From an uncultured Planctomycetales bacterium (GTDB lineage Bacteria > Omnitrophota > Gorgyraeia > Zapsychrales > Zapsychraceae), in contig CAYIMR010000001.1 of assembly GCA_964364455.1 (NCBI GenBank), positions 2,403 to 66,402 on the forward strand: a stretch of 64,000 nucleotides of DNA. The letters run 5' to 3'. Below, one piece after another: positions 63,001 through 64,000 of the stretch. Position 1 is the stretch's first letter. Every line of letters begins with the position of its first letter. The translations under genes were made by a program, and so were the position numbers. The notes under the pieces are model-generated. The model was not told where the DNA came from and did no database searches. It saw only the letters and a list, made by a program, of their open reading frames with translations.

Positions 63001-64000
63001 TCTTGACGTCATTTTGATCCGCGGCTCTATTCACAACAGGGCTGCTGGAGATTTCCATATTTGTAGTAACTGAACTCTCATAATACTTATCAATGAGGCT
63101 TGCCAACTGGCCCAATGTGCTGTCATTATTGTCCTCAACGACAGCGGCGGGCATGAATTCGGCAAATTCTTTCTTATAATCAACAACATCCAGCGTCTGC
63201 GCGTCCTTAGAACTAAACGCCAGCGCGCGGAGAGAATTGATGATCTTCTCACCCGCGAGATCCACAATGTTCTTTTGCTCGTCGCGTACGGCTTGAGTAT
63301 CGGCCGTCGCGGAAAGAATTTCCGCCTGCCTGGTCCATTGAGGATTGATGGCGATCCGCGCCTCGAGGCCTTCTCCCTGGATATACGCGTCGGAACTGAC
63401 AATAAGCGCGTGGCTTTCTGTGCCATCCGCCAACGGTGTGCTGACAATAATCGCTCTCTGCAAACGGGCGCGCGACACATCGACATTGCCGCTGCCGGAA
63501 ATCTTCTCCAAGATCGTATTAAATTGACCCGGGCTGACGCGCTTGACCTGCCCTTCGGCGATCGTGATCCCCTGCTTGATCCCGATGTTCAGGGCGACCG
63601 CGTAATCCCTGTCTCCTTGCGGAAGATTAAATTTGCTGTTTTCCTTCCACGCGTCCACGGGAAGCGCCCTGGCAAGGATGCGCGATCGCCAATCGGACGG
63701 GATCCGGATGTCCGGTTCGCCGACAAGAACCGCCGCGTTTTTCTCAACTTCATCAAACGTCACTTCGTTGCCCCCGGTATCGTAAAACACCTGGCGCGTG
63801 ATCGTCTTCTGGACCTTATGGATACTGCCCGCTTCGTCTTTCTGTTCTTCCACCACGGTTTCCAGGACGATCTTCCCCGTGAAGATCTTCCGGCTGTCGA
63901 CCCCTATCGACCCGATATAATCTCTGACGGCCTCTGCCGTCTGGTTATCCGGGACAGGGACAAGGGTCAGCCGGCCGGTCCTGCCGAGGGTAACCGCTTT
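2..64000 (-). CDS. Giant multidomain protein/polyprotein, partial at both ends (>=21,333 aa), Omnitrophota-like
   Basis: Same minus frame is open at both window ends (KAVTLGRTGRLTLV... at 64000; ...FAFGREYFRN at 2). No TTA/CTA/TCA found in plus-strand triplets starting at positions 2 mod 3 in the segments checked, including 16081-17640 and 54301-55860. The ORF track has no minus ORF in this frame. More than 25 recognisable domains all fall in this frame. Confidence 0.92.
1330..3060 (-). other. glgP: Domain of giant ORF: alpha-glucan (glycogen/maltodextrin) phosphorylase-like, GT35
   Basis: SGGLGFLAGE, LNEPQ, TTHTPEAA, INAVAQEHGEV, ITNG, RRLVEYK, SDVWVSMPRSTREAAGTSDQRASFNG, NGW in canonical order. 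Confidence 0.85.
3400..4030 (-). other. Domain of giant ORF: HD-family (p)ppGpp hydrolase (SpoT/Mesh1-like)
   Basis: HSGQIRQGGAPYIAHPL, LHDAVED, KFVDRVSNL. Confidence 0.8.
4200..4700 (-). other. Domain of giant ORF: tandem ACT-like domains
   Basis: HDRPGMLRAVSREVKNLGGNI and PDKVGQLSWLLDTI..INV patterns. Confidence 0.6.
5280..7630 (-). other. Domain of giant ORF: long RelA/SpoT homolog (degenerate HD, synthetase, TGS-like, 2 ACT)
   Basis: EVYIPLAERSG, GRFKGPASIRNKM, INDLFGFRLV, YEGVH, FEIQIMT, AHWIY; C-terminal DWPGIFLDVAKII and HKTGVLVNML ACT-like segments. Confidence 0.85.
7438..7652. repeat. 215-bp exact direct repeat, copy 1
   Basis: Identical to 12346-12560 by direct comparison; offset 4908 bp (1636 codons). 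Confidence 0.95.
7720..9340 (-). other. glgA: Domain of giant ORF: glycogen synthase-like GT5 (divergent copy)
   Basis: SPEAVPYFKAGGMANV, GNDWMTA, IHN, TNGI, SRITDQKG, SMWEPGGISPMEALAFG, DNSW. Confidence 0.85.
9740..11300 (-). other. Domain of giant ORF: GH13 alpha-amylase family catalytic domain
   Basis: VDLIPH, GARIDVAH (nucleophile Asp), FVGENY (acid/base Glu), ETHD. Confidence 0.85.
12346..12560. repeat. 215-bp exact direct repeat, copy 2
   Basis: Identical to 7438-7652; encodes SSSPVVNENNEEP...MEGLRRR. Confidence 0.95.
12570..14460 (-). other. glgB: Domain of giant ORF: 1,4-alpha-glucan branching enzyme
   Basis: YEKLGAH, FAVWAPNA, YEIHLGSW, SWGYQ, DWVPAHFP, HIDGLRVDAVASMLY, IAEESTSW, LPLSHDEVVHGK, PGKKLLFMGGEFGQ, LTLPPLG. 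Confidence 0.97.
14750..15080 (-). other. Domain of giant ORF: GNAT acetyltransferase-like
   Basis: HFVDAKLQGKGVGS acetyl-CoA motif A, between two SSSPV linkers. Confidence 0.55.
15551..15582. repeat. Heptamer tandem repeat (CCATTGA)4
   Basis: Directly visible. Confidence 0.9.
15857..15884. repeat. Heptamer tandem repeat (TTCGTCY)4
   Basis: Directly visible. Confidence 0.85.
16179..16207 (+). promoter_or_regulatory. Near-consensus sigma70 promoter antisense to giant ORF
   Basis: TTGACA (16179-16184) - 17 bp - TATACT (16202-16207), upstream of microprotein ORFs. Confidence 0.75.
16288..16380 (+). CDS. 30-aa single-TM His-tailed microprotein 1 (MFLAGLLAVAAIAVVIAVWFGIDQYRAHHH), nested antisense
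   Basis: GAGG RBS 6 nt upstream; hydrophobic helix; WxxIDQYR..HHH shared with the next ORF. Confidence 0.75.
   Translation: MFLAGLLAVAAIAVVIAVWFGIDQYRAHHH
16447..16539 (+). CDS. 30-aa single-TM His-tailed microprotein 2 (MLFVLVTFLMIGLAFLIWIAIDQYRLKHHH; alternative start 16438)
   Basis: AAGGAG at 16430-16435; paralog of 16288-16380. Confidence 0.75.
   Translation: MLFVLVTFLMIGLAFLIWIAIDQYRLKHHH
16551..16581. repeat. Heptamer tandem repeat, ~4 imperfect TCGTCCC units
   Basis: Directly visible, just after the stop of microprotein 2. Confidence 0.8.
16686..16714 (+). promoter_or_regulatory. sigma70-like promoter for microprotein 3
   Basis: TTGACG - 17 bp - TATAGC with extended TG. Confidence 0.55.
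16742..16843 (+). CDS. 33-aa single-TM His-tailed microprotein 3 (MGIYILLGGFLIFALIIAEIVIRQDRGRHHHGA)
   Basis: GGGAGGT RBS at 16729-16735; hydrophobic helix followed by IRQDR.RHHH. Confidence 0.7.
   Translation: MGIYILLGGFLIFALIIAEIVIRQDRGRHHHGA
16898..16926 (+). promoter_or_regulatory. sigma70-like promoter for the DUF5678/protease pair
   Basis: TTGACC - 17 bp - TAGGAT with extended TG, about 40 nt upstream of ATG 16968. Confidence 0.6.
16968..17207 (+). CDS. DUF5678-like small protein, nested antisense
   Basis: W..H..EL..KY.G..I....GKIV...P....VP pattern; AAGGA RBS; overlaps the downstream protease start, the usual partner arrangement. Confidence 0.8.
   Translation: MKRLKVFNNDQWLTKHFKELVDKYAGGFIIAVNGKIVYTNKDGSPRDLGKRVKREFPDATPLFFRVPYPHEFICALIIL
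17186..17587 (+). CDS. Retropepsin-like single-domain aspartyl protease, nested antisense
   Basis: AYIDSGAFYS catalytic motif, LGI, VGDG flap, LLGRKDIF. Confidence 0.88.
   Translation: MRSNHSIKFPYKTYNNIPCPIITLDIRKTAIDAYIDSGAFYSIFSIKEAEWLGIDYTKGRQGGAMVGDGNIIPVYFHILPISIGGISLNATIGFSPKLNIGFNLLGRKDIFNRFVIIFDDAKRSVTLIPRKHQ
18020..18760 (-). other. Domain of giant ORF: SelO/YdiU-like kinase-fold domain (tentative)
   Basis: GRSILL, LEFKGAGTPGY, HGSIGNLDILGQMAD resemble SelO GRAIL / LKGAGRTPY / HG..N..ILG..D. Confidence 0.45.
19150..19800 (-). other. Domain of giant ORF: class I SAM methyltransferase
   Basis: VADFGSGAGG, AVDVN, DVVVSLDTLFHL, LAPGG. Confidence 0.85.
19900..20900 (-). other. Domain of giant ORF: HIT-superfamily DUF4922 / GDP-hexose phosphorylase-like
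   Basis: CNLC, INPF, WNGPGRSIKHHAHFQ (HxHxQ), FPR, GVNEMSG. Confidence 0.65.
21040..22620 (-). other. glgA: Domain of giant ORF: glycogen synthase GT5
   Basis: KVGGQGDV, HTNDHHTA, FTIHNIGYQG, TVSETYAKEI, GILNGID, SRLVDQK, YAGADMLLVPSDYEPSG, MRYGT..VRKTGGLADTV. Confidence 0.92.
23600..24530 (-). other. Domain of giant ORF: MidA/NDUFAF7-type SAM methyltransferase
   Basis: VVEMGGGDG, VEISP, SNELLDTFPVH, LDYG, DITHRVDF. Confidence 0.85.
24600..26120 (-). other. Domain of giant ORF: eukaryote-type UTP-glucose-1-phosphate uridylyltransferase (UGPase, PF01704-like)
   Basis: LDAGLGTS..GAKG, SHGE, KGGMI, MLE, FNTN, QLEG, FTPIK..D...SDYY and a C-terminal beta-helix-like tail. Confidence 0.75.
26440..26800 (-). 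other. Domain of giant ORF: Pol-beta-like minimal nucleotidyltransferase
   Basis: GSVPSGEAVEGSDIDMHI (GS...DxD). Confidence 0.7.
27440..28390 (-). other. Domain of giant ORF: Gfo/Idh/MocA oxidoreductase
   Basis: IALVGLGRWG, H..LARQALLAGKDVLVEKP, DLLPH. Confidence 0.88.
28480..29450 (-). other. Domain of giant ORF: radical SAM + SPASM/twitch
   Basis: CNNYCVWC (29369-29392), SGNSTEP, RISLDA, CQHC..GQVYPC..CPDC. Confidence 0.9.
30600..34650 (-). other. Domain of giant ORF: FKS1/callose-synthase-like (GT48) membrane glucan synthase with flanking TM bundles
   Basis: Colinear motifs RRILGSF..L..P, WANMHLNTLYRTFEG, GAFK, MDA....EE, ESNW, YG, NAEDL, ESKYA...E; multiple hydrophobic helices on both sides. 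Confidence 0.6.
40040..40960 (-). other. Domain of giant ORF: GH2-like (clan GH-A) TIM-barrel glycoside hydrolase
   Basis: IRGLTYSP, DIDLMKEMGVRVIRTY, HPAILMWSFGND, WGVNFY, ISETG, FSDEWWK, EEWWG. Confidence 0.85.
42130..43100 (-). other. Region of giant ORF: amphipathic beta-strand array, outer-membrane beta-barrel-like
   Basis: Repeated alternating strands such as YYASVGADVNLG, LNVSYS, YGVGLNI, VKIGVS, GTLSTKY. Confidence 0.45.
48270..48540 (-). other. Domain of giant ORF: degenerate M23/LytM peptidase-like
   Basis: GTRVRSILDGRV, FGHL, GGEIKPGAVLGTAG; HxxxD and HxH zinc motifs degenerate. Confidence 0.6.
49265..49740 (-). other. Domain of giant ORF: lytic transglycosylase (SLT)
   Basis: AESRFNPKAVSPKGARGLMQI, DPRKNV..G..YL, AGYNAGP, ETPDYVRKI. 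Confidence 0.92.
49900..50150 (-). other. Domain of giant ORF: peptidoglycan-binding domain-like
   Basis: GDKGWQVRHIRQ ... VKEMQKNLGIEETGRWDMKT. Confidence 0.55.
50170..51500 (-). other. Region of giant ORF: long coiled coil, preceded by a multi-TM block (about 51700-53200)
   Basis: E/K/Q/A/L-rich heptad-like sequence. Confidence 0.6.
54382..54416. repeat. Heptamer array (TCCYTCR)5 with inverted partner at 54355-54366; hairpin just after the stop of the nested gene
   Basis: AAGGATGAGGGA (54355-54366) is the reverse complement of TCCCTCATCCTT (54389-54400). Confidence 0.75.
54417..54701 (-). CDS. 94-aa hypothetical protein nested on the same strand, in a different frame of the giant ORF
   Basis: Strong RBS AAAGGAGG 6 nt before ATG; globular protein-like composition; heptamer arrays on both sides. 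Confidence 0.65.
   Translation of the reverse strand: MVRLNTSCANLEVKHFVYVPTSNCVIVTAKDKDHNRLKVYLVLTGENRAYQRNGINQTWEELDGFSESRIQQLVCEAFSDKRIPRYRTSTSALN
54720..54892. repeat. Heptamer arrays (TCGTCGC/TCGTATT at 54720-54754; (ACGAGAT)4 at 54863-54892) enclosing a hairpin
   Basis: Directly visible; the two arrays are near reverse complements. Confidence 0.85.
54768..54819 (-). promoter_or_regulatory. Long G-U-containing stem-loop upstream of the nested 94-aa gene
   Basis: Minus strand GAAAGGG..TGGTTGGTCCC..GGGACTGATCA..CCCTTTC. Confidence 0.5.
56780..57090 (-). other. Domain of giant ORF: CheD-like deamidase fold (catalytic Cys absent)
   Basis: TRNLAGSLGVLVYD...VAVLGH versus CheD TxGLGSCVGVxLYD...GLxH. 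Confidence 0.55.
57200..57800 (-). other. Domain of giant ORF: nucleotidyltransferase-like
   Basis: AHGSSLWKDVDVVIV...PVDY. Confidence 0.55.
58600..59950 (-). other. Region of giant ORF: degenerate GGDEF-like domains
   Basis: LKWLN...GHEIGDKVL; RMGPGSDEYGIV; DGNNIGAISNVHGRQAGDEII. Confidence 0.55.
60600..61100 (-). other. Domain of giant ORF: SAM methyltransferase-like
   Basis: VYYPGAGFD, FVD, YDVLY, LRPGG. Confidence 0.6.
61245..62550 (-). other. Two tandem HPr kinase/phosphorylase-like P-loop domains (diverged duplication)
   Basis: Both copies carry HGNVLVD...GVLILGxPESGKS...DDIPVGF...FIAGPNYVKGA...NSPWGGHVSE...QLAASIDEAYLV; joined by an ASSPV linker. Confidence 0.8.
62610..62900 (-). 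other. Domain of giant ORF: GNAT acetyltransferase-like
   Basis: VEV..AGGNGYGRELV...FFKGLGF. Confidence 0.6.

Noticed and set aside
2707-63486. Other short minus-strand ORFs in the track, including 53739-54275
   Set aside because: Alternative frames overlapping clear domains of the giant ORF, with R/S/P-rich non-protein-like sequence; only 54417-54701 has independent support.
1-64000. Alternative genetic code as the reason for the missing ORFs
   Set aside because: The giant frame contains no stop codons to reassign in the segments read, and nested genes end at ordinary TAA/TGA.

Overview
The whole 64-kb window appears to lie inside one uninterrupted reading frame on the minus strand (codons 64000 down to 2; at least 21,333 aa; neither start nor stop is in the window). 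I found no stop in this frame in the segments I translated by hand. The supplied ORF track also lists no minus-strand ORF in this frame, although it lists many in the other two. The product is a modular giant protein whose domains are mostly separated by about 35 (A/S)SSP(V/I) linkers. From N to C (high to low coordinate) it carries GNAT, two HPr-kinase-like, methyltransferase, degenerate GGDEF, nucleotidyltransferase and CheD-like domains. A linker-free block of about 7,900 aa follows: membrane helices, coiled coil, peptidoglycan-binding, lytic transglycosylase, degenerate M23, beta-barrel-like, GH2-like and an FKS/callose-synthase-like glucan synthase. After that come radical SAM/SPASM plus Gfo/Idh/MocA, a nucleotidyltransferase, UGPase, MidA methyltransferase, glycogen synthase, a HIT/DUF4922-like domain, a methyltransferase, a SelO-like domain, GNAT, GlgB, a GH13 amylase, a second glycogen synthase, RelA/SpoT, an ACT-HD hydrolase and a glucan phosphorylase. 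This architecture resembles the giant genes of Candidatus Omnitrophota (inference). The most unusual feature is a set of apparently real genes nested inside the giant ORF. Antisense at 16.2-17.6 kb are three paralogous ~30-aa His-tailed membrane microproteins and a DUF5678 + retropepsin pair with their own sigma70-like promoters. A same-strand, out-of-frame 94-aa gene lies at 54.4-54.7 kb. Codon usage suggests selection keeps the giant frame open across the antisense genes. Domain boundaries are approximate and come from manual motif recognition, not database searches.
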